DNA of 64,000 nt from Gammaproteobacteria bacterium (GCA_965221955.1 CBDCTA010000002.1:96001-160000), one strand, 5' to 3'. Positions 1 to 10,140 are shown, counted from the first letter of the stretch. Made by a program: numbers and translations. The notes: a model not told the origin generated them from the sequence alone.

Positions 1-635
1 AAAACATTAAAATCATATACACACCCAACACCCTCTTTATTTGGTGTTAATACAATATTAGCATCAGGCACACGTAATAATGAACCTGAAACATCATCAC
101 TTAGCGTTAAATCAGAATTGTTAATTCTAATTTCAGTGAGTGATTCATGATTTGGAAAATCATTTATTGCGCTTGTAGCAATATACATAAGTATTGTTTC
201 AAGTATTTTCCCAGATGCCCCGTCATGTGTATTACCTATGTCAAATTTTAATGCGCCACCTGTAGTGCGAATAAAGCTGATTTTTGGGTTTTGAAATTCT
301 ATACCTTGAATCCATATATGATCATTAAAGAATGAGTTAATTTTTACTTCAGCTAAAATATTCGGAGCTGTAGCAAGAATGTTATCCCCATAATCTAGTG
401 CATTAATGGAGCTAAAATGAAATTCTAAAACCCCTTTTATTGGACGTAAACGAGATTTAACAGTATCAAAATCTATGTAATAAGTATGAAATCGATTTTC
501 CAACCCATTTTTCATTAAATGTGATATGAAGGGCAGAGGGACAGGTTTTATAATGCTTACGATTAAGTATGTGATGATTGATAGCATCATCACGGAGAGG
601 AGTGTGATAACAGTCCTTTTAGCCGTAACTAACAT
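1..635 (-). CDS. 5' part of a membrane-anchored protein, possibly AsmA/YhdP-like (runs off the window edge)
   Basis: Not in the ORF track. Manual translation from ATG at 635 gives MLVTAKRTVITLLSVMMLSIITYLIVSIIKPVPLPF..., open to position 1, with an N-terminal TM helix followed by beta-rich sequence (IEFQNPKISFIRT). Family assignment is tentative. Confidence 0.5.
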   Translation of the reverse strand, partial: MLVTAKRTVITLLSVMMLSIITYLIVSIIKPVPLPFISHLMKNGLENRFHTYYIDFDTVKSRLRPIKGVLEFHFSSINALDYGDNILATAPNILAEVKINSFFNDHIWIQGIEFQNPKISFIRTTGGALKFDIGNTHDGASGKILETILMYIATSAINDFPNHESLTEIRINNSDLTLSDDVSGSLLRVPDANIVLTPNKEGVGCVYDFNV

Positions 636-724
636 GTCATGTTATTTGTTATTCTTGATCATCACTCCATAAGGATCAAGGTTATTTAGTTTAATCATAT
701 TCATAAAATACTGTTTTATTTATT

Positions 725-1030
725 TCATGGGCTTGTTCGATCGCTTTTCTTATATAGATAAACACAGTCTGTATCTTCATTTCCATCAAGAATAGCTTTG
801 CCATCTGTTTTAAGGGTTTCTAAAAAATATGTCTGAACGGTTTTGCAGGCCGCAAACGTTAATGCTTGTTTGTAAAGCCAAATATCATCTTCTTCATCAA
901 CACTATGTGTTTTAAACATAGTATCTTTAGGGTCCGAGGCTATGCCTACATACCAATCATGAAAGTCACCGCCAAACTCTTTCATATAGGCGAGAATTTC
1001 ATATTTAATTTGTTGTACGCTATAAATCAT
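725..1030 (-). CDS. Small hypothetical protein (~101 aa) with WYVGIASDP motif
   Basis: ORF 725..1126 overlaps the upstream gene; ATG at 1030 (MIYSVQQIK) removes the overlap. Last gene of the dmf run. Confidence 0.7.
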   Translation of the reverse strand: MIYSVQQIKYEILAYMKEFGGDFHDWYVGIASDPKDTMFKTHSVDEEDDIWLYKQALTFAACKTVQTYFLETLKTDGKAILDGNEDTDCVYLYKKSDRTSP

Positions 1031-1058
1031 AAGTTTAGAAAAAACTATTAGCAATCGC

Positions 1059-1718
1059 TTAAGATGGCGAAGGGTACATAGCGACTTGCATATCGTCTGT
1101 CCCTGTTTTATTACGCCATTGTTCAAATAAAGTTACACCCATTGCTTTTTCTTCTGCTGACATGCTTTTTACAACAGACTCTAATGCATTAAGTGCAGTG
1201 CCAATTCCATGTTGTGAAGCTAATGTCAACCACAAATATGCTTTAACTCGGTCTTTTTCCACGCCATCGCCATGTGCGTACATATACCCAAGTCGTGACT
1301 GTGAAGGGTAATGACCTTGCTTTGCAGCTTTTTCATATAACTCTGCTGCATATTCTGTATTTTCATCTACACCTTCACCTTTTGCATACAATACAGCTAA
1401 ATTAAATAAGCCATTAACGTCATTGTTATCCGCTGCTGCTGTTAACCATTGAATAGCTTTATCAATGTTCTTTTCCGTACCTTGCCCCATAAAGTACATT
1501 GCGCCTACATTTGCTTGTGCCATAGCATGCCCTTGTTCTGCGGCTTTTTTATACCAAGCCAACGCATTTGCATCGTCAACTTCTACACCATCACCATTAG
1601 CATAAAGAGAACCTAACCATGATTGTGCTTCAGGATTTCCTTCATCAGCTTGAATTTTCCAAATTTCTCGTGCTTTTTGATAATCACCTTGGCTATAGGC
1701 TTGGCGTGCCATGTCCAT
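1059..1718 (-). CDS. Sel1-like repeat (TPR) protein without a signal peptide
   Basis: Repeated AQxxLGxxYxxGxGVxxDxxxAxxWYxKAAxQG units. AAGGAG RBS precedes ATG at 1718; alternative start 1739. Confidence 0.9.
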   Translation of the reverse strand: MDMARQAYSQGDYQKAREIWKIQADEGNPEAQSWLGSLYANGDGVEVDDANALAWYKKAAEQGHAMAQANVGAMYFMGQGTEKNIDKAIQWLTAAADNNDVNGLFNLAVLYAKGEGVDENTEYAAELYEKAAKQGHYPSQSRLGYMYAHGDGVEKDRVKAYLWLTLASQHGIGTALNALESVVKSMSAEEKAMGVTLFEQWRNKTGTDDMQVAMYPSPS

Positions 1719-1752
1719 AGTATTCTCCTTATTATTCATACTGATTTAAATG

Positions 1753-2940
1753 CTAACGTCTAATATTGTTACTGTATAAAGGTGCATTCCAATAATATTC
1801 ATATTCAGTTTCTATTTGTTTGAATATGTATTGATGAAATGTATAAGCTGCCATACTAGTTTCAACAGGAACCATATCCTGTGTAAGCTCTGGTGCTCCT
1901 GGTGCCGTTAGTTCATCGGTTTGTTTTTGCATAGAATGCGCGTTATCACAAATCATGCGTATATAGTCTTGCCATTCAGAAGGTAACGGTGAATGTTCAA
2001 GCTCTGAGCTTTGTTTATTTTTTCTAAACATCAAAGTTCGCAAAGTAGATTCACCCATGCTAGTGGGTTGTAGGATCACGCTTACAACAAAAGTGGGGTG
2101 TGTAATTAAGATTAAATTAGGAAACAGCCAACTTAGCTCAATGTTTTCAATATTTTCTTTTGTAATTGCACCAATTTCATGGGTCGATAACTTTGGTGCA
2201 GTATAGCTAGTAACATCAATTACGCTTTCAGTGTTATTAGTACAATGTTTACGAATTCCTTGTGAATCAAAAAATGCACGACCTGCAAATTTCCAATTTG
2301 ATGCACAATCAAACCATTCGCTATTTTCTAATACAAATTCATCCGATAAACATGAGAGTATTGCATTAGGTAATTGCTCTAAATCTTCAGTTAGATCGTT
2401 GCATTGTTGGTCTAAATTTATAAAAACAAATGAACCTAAGGTTTTTACTTTGACAGGTAATAGTCGTTCGGGAATTAACCCTAAATATTGGTGCATGGTT
2501 GGTGTGTTTTCACCAATTTCTTTCACACGTATGACTTGGCGGTCTCGACTGTAACCACAAGATGTGAAGGAACATTTAGTTTTCTTTCCTGTTTGGCATT
2601 GTGCAGGTACTGCACGACACCCTCCATGTTGTGCTTTATTGAAACGCCCAATTAAGTTACCGTCATTTTCTCTTTGTACATGTATACCATGCTGCCCCAC
2701 TGTATAAGGCAGCATGTCTCCAGGGTTTGGTATTTCTTTTGTTGAACCAATTGCAATCCAGTTGCGTGTCCACAGTTTTTCATCTTCTAAATCATTGAAA
2801 ATTTTAGACTGATATGAAAAAAGCGGCAGTACTGTAGCTTGCCCAAAAGGTTGATTTGTAGTTTTATATAAATCTACGTCAGTTAGATCTATATCATTTT
2901 CTACATAGCCCATGTCTGGATGAAATTCCATATGCACCAT
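1753..2940 (-). CDS. Ring-hydroxylating (Rieske) oxygenase alpha-subunit homolog with non-canonical metal ligands
   Basis: Alpha-subunit scaffold motifs (LPxxxYxS, W-IAIG-xxxEIPNPGD, RxxDG, SFVFINLD, NWK, LFPN) are present, but the CxH...CxxH motif reads NKAQHGGC...C...KCSFTSC. Confidence 0.75.
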   Translation of the reverse strand: MVHMEFHPDMGYVENDIDLTDVDLYKTTNQPFGQATVLPLFSYQSKIFNDLEDEKLWTRNWIAIGSTKEIPNPGDMLPYTVGQHGIHVQRENDGNLIGRFNKAQHGGCRAVPAQCQTGKKTKCSFTSCGYSRDRQVIRVKEIGENTPTMHQYLGLIPERLLPVKVKTLGSFVFINLDQQCNDLTEDLEQLPNAILSCLSDEFVLENSEWFDCASNWKFAGRAFFDSQGIRKHCTNNTESVIDVTSYTAPKLSTHEIGAITKENIENIELSWLFPNLILITHPTFVVSVILQPTSMGESTLRTLMFRKNKQSSELEHSPLPSEWQDYIRMICDNAHSMQKQTDELTAPGAPELTQDMVPVETSMAAYTFHQYIFKQIETEYEYYWNAPLYSNNIRR

Positions 2941-2968
2941 CCAACTAAATTTGAATTTTAAGATCTGG

Positions 2969-2999
2969 GTATCATTGACACTATATGTGTCAATGATAC
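2969..2999. terminator. Perfect 13-bp stem-loop between dmfA2 and the Rieske-like gene
   Basis: gtatcattgacac-tatat-gtgtcaatgatac. No clear U-tract, so it may be an mRNA-stabilising or processing hairpin rather than a terminator. Confidence 0.5.
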
Positions 3000-3069
3000 T
3001 TACAGATTTATACTCTTAATACATTTTGGTATATCAAAAAACTACCAAATGTTGATTTACATTAGATCC

Positions 3070-5469
3070 TTATTTGCTCTTCTTATTCATCGCTGGATCA
3101 TGGTCAGCACGACCACGATGGACAATGGCATCCTTAGGAGGTTCTGGTAATGGACCATCTTTAGAGAATCGGTCAAGAACATTACCTACTAAAGTAGAAA
3201 TGTTATTTTTACCGTTATTCCAAGGTAATGATCCACAGAAAGCGATAGAACTAAATGCAAAACATCCGCCACCATTAGGTGTTTCGTGGAATGCGATATC
3301 AGAACGCACACGTGGATGTTGAGTTCCGTCGATACCTTGTTGGCTGAAGCCGTAGTCTTCCATAACCAGTAGATAGGCTTCGGTATGACGACCGGCTGAG
3401 GTAGCACCCACTAATGTATGAGGTGGAGAACCTAACATGGTGTCTACGATATCCAACTCGGTACCTGCAGCACCGCCGCCCACCAAACCAAAGTTACCAA
3501 TTTTCTCATCGTAATCGATACCTTCAAATGCCCAGGAGATTCGAGGATCGTTACTTTCATAAGTACGAGAGTAGTAAGATGAAATATCAAATCCTTCTGA
3601 AGACATACCTGTTCCCGCAACAGAGTGTAGATATCTACCACGGTAACGCCACATACCACCGAGTTCACCGGTGCCTTGGTGATAGTATTCACCAGGGTCT
3701 GCACGCCAAGTACGAATACCTGACTCACAACGACGCATTTCGGTGATAACCCCTCGGCCTAAATCATCATAGGCTGGATGGAATGAGTGTATCCAATACC
3801 ATGCGTCTGCACCCATATACATGAGACGCCCACCCTGTTGCGTGTAGTTATGTAACGCATCTAATTGTGGACCACTGTTATGCTCAGGGTGAGAGCCAGT
3901 AATGATGACGTTATAGTTTTCAAGTCTTGCGAGACCATCATAGTTAACATCTTCATCAGTAATACAATCATATTCATAGCCCATTTCTTCTAACCAGTAA
4001 ATCAAATGAAGATCTGCTGGATATTGCCATGGGGCTTGCATTAAAAAGTGGTCGTACTTCGGACGAATACTTAAAATGGGCCGTAAGCGTGATGATAAGC
4101 ATAGTCCGCTACCATCAGTATGAGTGTCGTAAATGGAGCCACCATACTCACGATGTTCACTTAAGAACATGTTTTGGTCTTGCATGATGGGTACACGGTA
4201 GACTAATAGCTCAGCTCCGCCTGCATTATTTGCTAAATGCTCATTCGCATAAGCCATGTAACTTATAGTCGGTACCATGAAAGCAATTTTGGACTGCTCT
4301 TTACCAACCTCAGGTACTACCCAAAATGTTACGTACTCTTCATCTCCTTCATCAGTGGTAAGCTTTGCTGCATAAAATTTACTGCTCGTGCCTTCTGGTA
4401 CATTCCATTCGAAATCAACATCCCAACGTGCGTCATCTACATCATCATCATGAAAATGTATTGCTCCATATTCTTTTGGTGCATGTTTCCAATCAAAGTT
4501 GTGTCCAGTGAAATTATGCCCTGTCATAGCGCGAGTAGGGCAGTTAATGATATCTAAGTGATATAGGTAAGGCCCATGATCTGTGCCCTTTCTTGTACTA
4601 ATGCAATCAGAGAAATCCCAAGATCCCACAATGGCTTCAGATAAAGGACCCGTAGGACCACAATGTCGTCGTTCCGTTAAGCCCGGTTGTGCTCCTAACT
4701 TCATGGTCTCAATTTCTTCACGACTTAATGCTCTTCGACATAAGCGTGGGCTATCAATTTTACCGTTGTAATGTCCTGCCATCACCATGCCTGCGGGGCG
4801 TGAAGCTTGAGCTTGAGGATCAGAGTCAGCGCCGCCAGCATAAGCGGCAACTGCAAAAGGAACACCTGAAGTGTGTTCAATTTTTCCACTTACTTTTTGT
4901 GTTACAGGAGGTATTTCTGGATCTAAGGCATAAACAATTTGTGGTTCATGATAAAGAGTTGCTTGACCTGTAGAGGCATCAAATGTAGCCGCAACAAAAT
5001 GCCAAGCATGATCACGAATTGGAGCATCTGTTGTAATACTTGTTCCATTAATTCGTAATTCTAAACATCCGTTTTCATTTATAAAGAGTCCATAGCCTTT
5101 CCCGTTGCACCATTTTGTCATTAAGCCTTGTGCACCATGTCGCCAGTACTTTGGGTGTGTTTTTGGAGTGGTTGGCCAGATCCAACATTGCATGGTAAAT
5201 GATTCAACTTGTAGATGAACATTGTCCTCTACATATCCATATGAACCACTATAAATGGTTTGTGGTCGACCATTATGTTCACCATTACAATTTGCATCTA
5301 CATTTTCTTCAATAAATCCTGGTCCACGTGGGTTAGTATCTCCATGGATCATTTTTACAATTTGACAATTATATTTTTTAGGACCATCGCAATTCACATG
5401 GAATTTGATGGTTTTACCTGGGTTGACACCAAATCGATCAGCGTAACCCGTTAATCTCATTGCACACAT
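3070..5469 (-). CDS. dmfA2: N,N-dimethylformamidase large subunit family protein
   Basis: Co-linear with the Paracoccus DMFase large subunit as I recall it: GYxDR, IHGDxNPxGPG, LamG-like domain, HYNGKIDxP, WDFS, YGAIHFHxD, SYxAYANE, YDxHxDG, PADLHLIxWL, TGSHPE, GLVGGGAAGxELD. The Fe-ligand equivalents (two Tyr, one Glu) are retained. Confidence 0.93.
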   Translation of the reverse strand: MCAMRLTGYADRFGVNPGKTIKFHVNCDGPKKYNCQIVKMIHGDTNPRGPGFIEENVDANCNGEHNGRPQTIYSGSYGYVEDNVHLQVESFTMQCWIWPTTPKTHPKYWRHGAQGLMTKWCNGKGYGLFINENGCLELRINGTSITTDAPIRDHAWHFVAATFDASTGQATLYHEPQIVYALDPEIPPVTQKVSGKIEHTSGVPFAVAAYAGGADSDPQAQASRPAGMVMAGHYNGKIDSPRLCRRALSREEIETMKLGAQPGLTERRHCGPTGPLSEAIVGSWDFSDCISTRKGTDHGPYLYHLDIINCPTRAMTGHNFTGHNFDWKHAPKEYGAIHFHDDDVDDARWDVDFEWNVPEGTSSKFYAAKLTTDEGDEEYVTFWVVPEVGKEQSKIAFMVPTISYMAYANEHLANNAGGAELLVYRVPIMQDQNMFLSEHREYGGSIYDTHTDGSGLCLSSRLRPILSIRPKYDHFLMQAPWQYPADLHLIYWLEEMGYEYDCITDEDVNYDGLARLENYNVIITGSHPEHNSGPQLDALHNYTQQGGRLMYMGADAWYWIHSFHPAYDDLGRGVITEMRRCESGIRTWRADPGEYYHQGTGELGGMWRYRGRYLHSVAGTGMSSEGFDISSYYSRTYESNDPRISWAFEGIDYDEKIGNFGLVGGGAAGTELDIVDTMLGSPPHTLVGATSAGRHTEAYLLVMEDYGFSQQGIDGTQHPRVRSDIAFHETPNGGGCFAFSSIAFCGSLPWNNGKNNISTLVGNVLDRFSKDGPLPEPPKDAIVHRGRADHDPAMNKKSK

Positions 5470-5535
5470 ATCTTTTCTCCTCTCTTATTCTTATCGTATA
5501 GAATTATTTTTTAATTAATAATGTGTAAGCCTTAA

Positions 5536-5985
5536 TTAGGTTACGGTCCAATTATCATTGCGTCGTTTCCAACCTTCATTGAAGTGCTCGGGATATCCAT
5601 CTTCTTCATCCAATTCATCCAAGCGCATTAGGAAAATATCGTGTTGTGGATCTTGTTCATTGTCATATACTTTATCGTTGACAAATTCTGGAGGCACACC
5701 TCGAATTCCTGAAAGTCGTCCGATACGCCATTCTTTTTCAACCTTTGTGCAAATCACTACTAATTTTCCACCAAAATTACCTGGCATAGCTGCGCGCATG
5801 CGTATTAGCACTTTATTTAGCAAAGGATCATCTGTGAATCCGTCAGTAACAACAGTAGTATCTCCTGGAGTCTCGCATTTCATGATGGTGCAACCAGCCA
5901 CACCTTTCATAGATTCGATACACTCCTTGTGGGTTTTGATGAGTCTTTCGCGTTCAGGCGTCCCTTTTTTTGGTATTGATATCAT
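5536..5985 (-). CDS. dmfA1: N,N-dimethylformamidase small subunit family protein
   Basis: Directly upstream of dmfA2. GKLVVI...EWRIGRL...GVPPEF..D......QHDIFLMRL matches the small-subunit C-terminal pattern. GGAGG RBS present. Confidence 0.78.
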   Translation of the reverse strand: MISIPKKGTPERERLIKTHKECIESMKGVAGCTIMKCETPGDTTVVTDGFTDDPLLNKVLIRMRAAMPGNFGGKLVVICTKVEKEWRIGRLSGIRGVPPEFVNDKVYDNEQDPQHDIFLMRLDELDEEDGYPEHFNEGWKRRNDNWTVT

Positions 5986-6112
5986 GGTTTATCCTCCGCA
6001 ATTGTTAGAAAAAACAGTAGTAGTAGACAATCACAACCGAACAAAATGGATTTTGATGGTGTGGATAAATTTCTGATCTAGACGATCTTTATATTATTTT
6101 ATTAGGCAGTAC

Positions 6113-6185
6113 TAGCCAAAAGTCTACTGTCTTATGGCCATAAGTGAATCATATATACACATTTTGGTCAATACATTGAGCTTAA
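6113..6185 (-). promoter_or_regulatory. Promoter/operator box upstream of dmfA1A2 (copy 1)
   Basis: Perfect palindrome CTTATGGCCATAAG (6131-6144), then tgaatcatat...ggtcaata...gcttaa. Near-identical architecture at 11678-11755. Confidence 0.7.
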
Positions 6186-6498
6186 TTTATCGACTGAAAT
6201 GAATAGAGCTCTAGTCAATCAAAGAGACAAATATCAATTTTAATATTTTCAGCAAGCATGAAATATGAGGATAATTAATTTAGATTAATCAAAAGGATAA
6301 GTGATTAATATAGAATAAAAATGAAATAAATATGCAATAAATTTATTTAGTTCAGGCGCAAAGAAGGCGCATGTACAATAATTGTAGAGAGAGTGATCAC
6401 GTAAGGTTACAAAAGTAGAATTTCTTATGAAAAAATTCTTATATAAAGGCTTATGTATTAGAAACGATTAATATAATCACAAATACCAATTTAGCCAG

Positions 6499-7194
6499 CT
6501 AGATTGTTAGATGTTGCTCTACTAATTCTTCGGTTAATTCACTTATTGGCCCTTGTGCAACAGATCGTCCGATATCCATGATGACAAACATATCTGCCAG
6601 TTGTTTTGCTATCTTTATGTGTTGCTCGGTCAGAACTAATGTCATTCCCATCTCTTTATTCAAGTGGTGTAGAGTGTTTTGAATTTCTTCTACTATATTT
6701 GGCTGAATACCTTCTGTAGGTTCGTCAAGTAATAATACTTTAGGGTCAGTAGCTAGAGCACGCGCAACCGCTAGTTGTTGTTGTTGACCACCTGATAGTA
6801 ATCCGGCGCGCTTATCTAGATTATCAGCAAGATAGGGAAATAATTTTAAACATGAATCGGGTAGTTTATTCTCATTATCATTTCTTGCAAATGTACCAAG
6901 TACAATATTTTCGCGTACACTAAATTTACCTAGTATCCTTCGACCTTGAGGGACATAGCCTAGCCCTGCATGTGATCGTAGATGTGTTGCTTTTTTAGAA
7001 AAATCTTCTCCATTAATTTTCAGTGTTCCCTCCATGCTAGTAGTAAGACCCATTATAGTTTGAAGTAAGGTTGTTTTACCTACTCCATTTCTACCCAATA
7101 CACATAGACATTGACCTTCTTGTAAAGAAATACTTACGTCTTGGATAATGGGTGTTTTTCCATAATAGGAAGTAACATTTTCAAGTTCTAACAT
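6499..7194 (-). CDS. urtE: Amide/urea ABC transporter ATP-binding subunit (UrtE-like)
   Basis: GRNGVGKTT, YVPQGR, LSGGQQQQL, LLDEPTEGIQP. Confidence 0.9.
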   Translation of the reverse strand: MLELENVTSYYGKTPIIQDVSISLQEGQCLCVLGRNGVGKTTLLQTIMGLTTSMEGTLKINGEDFSKKATHLRSHAGLGYVPQGRRILGKFSVRENIVLGTFARNDNENKLPDSCLKLFPYLADNLDKRAGLLSGGQQQQLAVARALATDPKVLLLDEPTEGIQPNIVEEIQNTLHHLNKEMGMTLVLTEQHIKIAKQLADMFVIMDIGRSVAQGPISELTEELVEQHLTI

Positions 7195-7195
7195 G

Positions 7196-7939
7196 TTAGT
7201 TAATTCCTTCCGTGCCTAGATACACTTCTTTGACTTTTGGATGCTGCTCAATTTCTGATAAGGTTCCTTCAGCAAGCATTTTTCCTTGGTGCATTACTGA
7301 AATTACATCTGCAATGCTTTTTACAAAGGACATATCGTGCTCAACTACAACTAGAGTGTGATCACCTTTTAATTCTTTAAAAATCTTAGATGTTTTTTCT
7401 GTTTCTTGTTCTGTCATTCCTGCCGTTGGCTCATCCATTAACAACAATCTTGGTTTTTGCATCAACACCATGCCTATTTCTAGCCATTGTGTTTCACCAT
7501 GTGAGAGCAAGCCTGCAATATCATCTAAGCGATTTCCTAAGCCAGCTAATTCAATAATTTCATTAAAATGTTTTTTTCCTTTTTTATTAGAAAAAGGATT
7601 CATGTTTTGAAAAGGGCCACGCTTTTCTGTGAGCGCAACTTGAAAATTTTCACGTACAGTGAGTTCTTTAAAAACAGCTGGAATTTGAAACTTACGCCCA
7701 ACTCCTAAGCCTACAATTTGTCTTTCAAGTAGTTTAGTGATGTTTTTACCATCAAAATGTACAGTCCCTGAGGTAAGCTTTTGTCGACCAGTTATTAAAT
7801 CTAAAGAAGTAGTTTTACCTGCACCATTAGGACCAATTAAACAACGTAACTCACCTTCATTTACACTGAAATCAAATCCATTAACGACTGAATAATCATT
7901 ATAAGTTTTTGTAACTTCTTTTAATTCTAGTATTGCCAT
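7196..7939 (-). CDS. urtD: Amide/urea ABC transporter ATP-binding subunit (UrtD-like)
   Basis: GELRCLIGPNGAGKTT, GRKFQ, LSHGETQWLEIGM, DEPTAGM. Confidence 0.9.
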   Translation of the reverse strand: MAILELKEVTKTYNDYSVVNGFDFSVNEGELRCLIGPNGAGKTTSLDLITGRQKLTSGTVHFDGKNITKLLERQIVGLGVGRKFQIPAVFKELTVRENFQVALTEKRGPFQNMNPFSNKKGKKHFNEIIELAGLGNRLDDIAGLLSHGETQWLEIGMVLMQKPRLLLMDEPTAGMTEQETEKTSKIFKELKGDHTLVVVEHDMSFVKSIADVISVMHQGKMLAEGTLSEIEQHPKVKEVYLGTEGIN

Positions 7940-9018
7940 TATGCTGCCTGCTTGATTCCGTTGTTGTTACTAGAAAACTTACCTAAAATTGTTTCAAATA
8001 GGCCAGTAAGACCTTTTGGAAGAAATAAAACAACAGCAATGAAAACTGCGCCAAGAATTATAAGCCATAGTTGTTGAAATTCATCGCCAGCATAGCTTTG
8101 GCCTAAATTAATTAAGAACGCTCCTAAAATTGCGCCAAGTAATGAAGTACGTCCACCTACTGCAGCCCAGATTACCATTGAAATACTTAGTGTAATTTCC
8201 ATTGATGTCGGCGAAACATATTGGACTATCATCACATACAAAATACCAGCGCAAGCAGCAATAAAGCCAGAAAGAGTGAATAATACAGTTTGATAATATG
8301 CAACGTTGTAACCTAAAAATCGTGCACGCTCAGGATCATCTCGCATCGCTTGCACAATGAGGCCAAATTTTGTATGTAGCAAAAATTTTGTGCCTAAAGT
8401 TAGAAAAGCTAAGAAACCTAAACAAATCCAATAAGCGGTACTGCTATATGGATCTATTTGTGTACCAAATATTTCAAAAGGAGAGGGAGGTGAAATGCCA
8501 TTAAAACCAGCCGTAAAAGGTTGCATATCGTATACAACTGCATACCAGGCAGCTAACATGGCTAAAGTCATAATGGCGACAAACACGCCAACGACTCTTG
8601 CTTGAAACATCATATATCCAAAAAATAAAAAGAATAAAGTAGGGATGCCGAGTGCTAAAGTTAATCCCATTGGGGTTGACCAGAACGGTTCCCAAACTAA
8701 AGGTAATGTTTCTAGCTCATTCGTCAACATAAAGGTTGGGATTGGGTCGGACTCAGGATCTTGAAACTGCATTTGCATAGTGGCACCCATTCCGTATGCA
8801 CCCATGCCAAAAGCAATGCCTTGCCCCAAACTTAATATTCCGCCATACCCCCAGACTAGTGACACTGAAACGGCAGTGATGGCAAAGACCAGGTAACGTG
8901 CATATTGGTTTAGCGAAAAAGGGTTATCAAATATAAAGGGTAAAAGTCCTAACAATACAAATATTGCTATATAAACTGCCCATTGTGCTTTGCGGTTGTG
9001 ATAAAGGTTCCCATTCAT
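7939..9018 (-). CDS. urtC: Amide/urea ABC transporter permease (UrtC-like)
   Basis: Multi-TM; WGYGGILSLGQG and VIWAAVGGR motifs. Confidence 0.9.
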   Translation of the reverse strand: MNGNLYHNRKAQWAVYIAIFVLLGLLPFIFDNPFSLNQYARYLVFAITAVSVSLVWGYGGILSLGQGIAFGMGAYGMGATMQMQFQDPESDPIPTFMLTNELETLPLVWEPFWSTPMGLTLALGIPTLFFLFFGYMMFQARVVGVFVAIMTLAMLAAWYAVVYDMQPFTAGFNGISPPSPFEIFGTQIDPYSSTAYWICLGFLAFLTLGTKFLLHTKFGLIVQAMRDDPERARFLGYNVAYYQTVLFTLSGFIAACAGILYVMIVQYVSPTSMEITLSISMVIWAAVGGRTSLLGAILGAFLINLGQSYAGDEFQQLWLIILGAVFIAVVLFLPKGLTGLFETILGKFSSNNNGIKQAA

Positions 9019-9060
9019 GTTGCTAATTCTCCATCTGCTATTGTTATTTTCATTTAATGC

Positions 9061-9963
9061 TTAGCGTCTTGTAGCTCCTTCTGAAATGAGTCCTTGAGGA
9101 CGAAACCTGAGAAACACAACAATTAAAGTGAATAATATGAAACGCGCAAATGTTTCATTGGTAAAGTATGAAAAGATTGAGCTTAGCTCGCCAAGAATGC
9201 CTGAGCTGAACATGCTGCCAACAAGTCCAATTCCACCCACCACAACAACAAGAAAGGCTTCGACAATATATCCCATTCCCATATCAGGAAATAATGTTTT
9301 TAGTGCACCAAACAATGCTCCGGCTACACCTGCTAATCCTGCTCCATAAGCAAAGGTTAAACTGTAAATTTTATTCGCATCAATGCCAAATGATGCTGCC
9401 ATTTCTTTGTCTTGCATTACGGCGCGTACTCTGATCCCTAAAGTAGTTTTATACATTAGGTACCATGTCACGGCTCCGATCGCTATTGCAAATATAATAA
9501 TGAAAAGCCGTACACCCGATAAGTGAATGAAATTAGCTTCTATTTGGAAATCAAGCCATTTAGGGACACCAACATATTTAGGTTCGCCGCCAAAAATTAA
9601 ACGAATCCCTTGTATTAAAATTAGAGACAACCCCCATGTTGCTAAAAGTGTATCTAGCGGGCGCTGATACAGTGTCCGGATTATCCCTCGTTCTATTGCC
9701 CATCCAATTAATGCCATCACAATAAACGCCAGAGGTAAGCAAAGAAGAAATGGAACACCTAAAAAATGTTGAAAAACATAGGTTGTATATGCGCCTAGCA
9801 TTATGAATTCGCCATGCGCCATATTGATGACTCCCATGGCACCATAAATGATGGTCAAGCCTAGAGCTGCAATGAAAAATATACTGGCGAGGCTAACACC
9901 TATAAATAATGAATTAAGAAATGGATAGAGAGAAAAGGGAGTCCAAAAATCATGTACGCTCAT
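9061..9963 (-). CDS. urtB: Amide/urea ABC transporter permease (UrtB-like)
   Basis: ALGLTIIYGAMGVINMAHGEFIMLGAY; RPLDTLLATWG. Confidence 0.9.
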   Translation of the reverse strand: MSVHDFWTPFSLYPFLNSLFIGVSLASIFFIAALGLTIIYGAMGVINMAHGEFIMLGAYTTYVFQHFLGVPFLLCLPLAFIVMALIGWAIERGIIRTLYQRPLDTLLATWGLSLILIQGIRLIFGGEPKYVGVPKWLDFQIEANFIHLSGVRLFIIIFAIAIGAVTWYLMYKTTLGIRVRAVMQDKEMAASFGIDANKIYSLTFAYGAGLAGVAGALFGALKTLFPDMGMGYIVEAFLVVVVGGIGLVGSMFSSGILGELSSIFSYFTNETFARFILFTLIVVFLRFRPQGLISEGATRR

Positions 9964-10140
9964 TACCTATATTCCTCCTGAAAATAACTTGAGTACTGAA
10001 AGAGCCAAGGCTATAGCTCTTATTTAGTTATCCAGTTTTATGTTTTTATTTGAACGAGCACGTAATAATTATTATTTTGTGCTCTAATATTTTTTCCATC
10101 ACAGCTCAAATAAAGAAGCGATGGAAAAAATAACTAAGCC

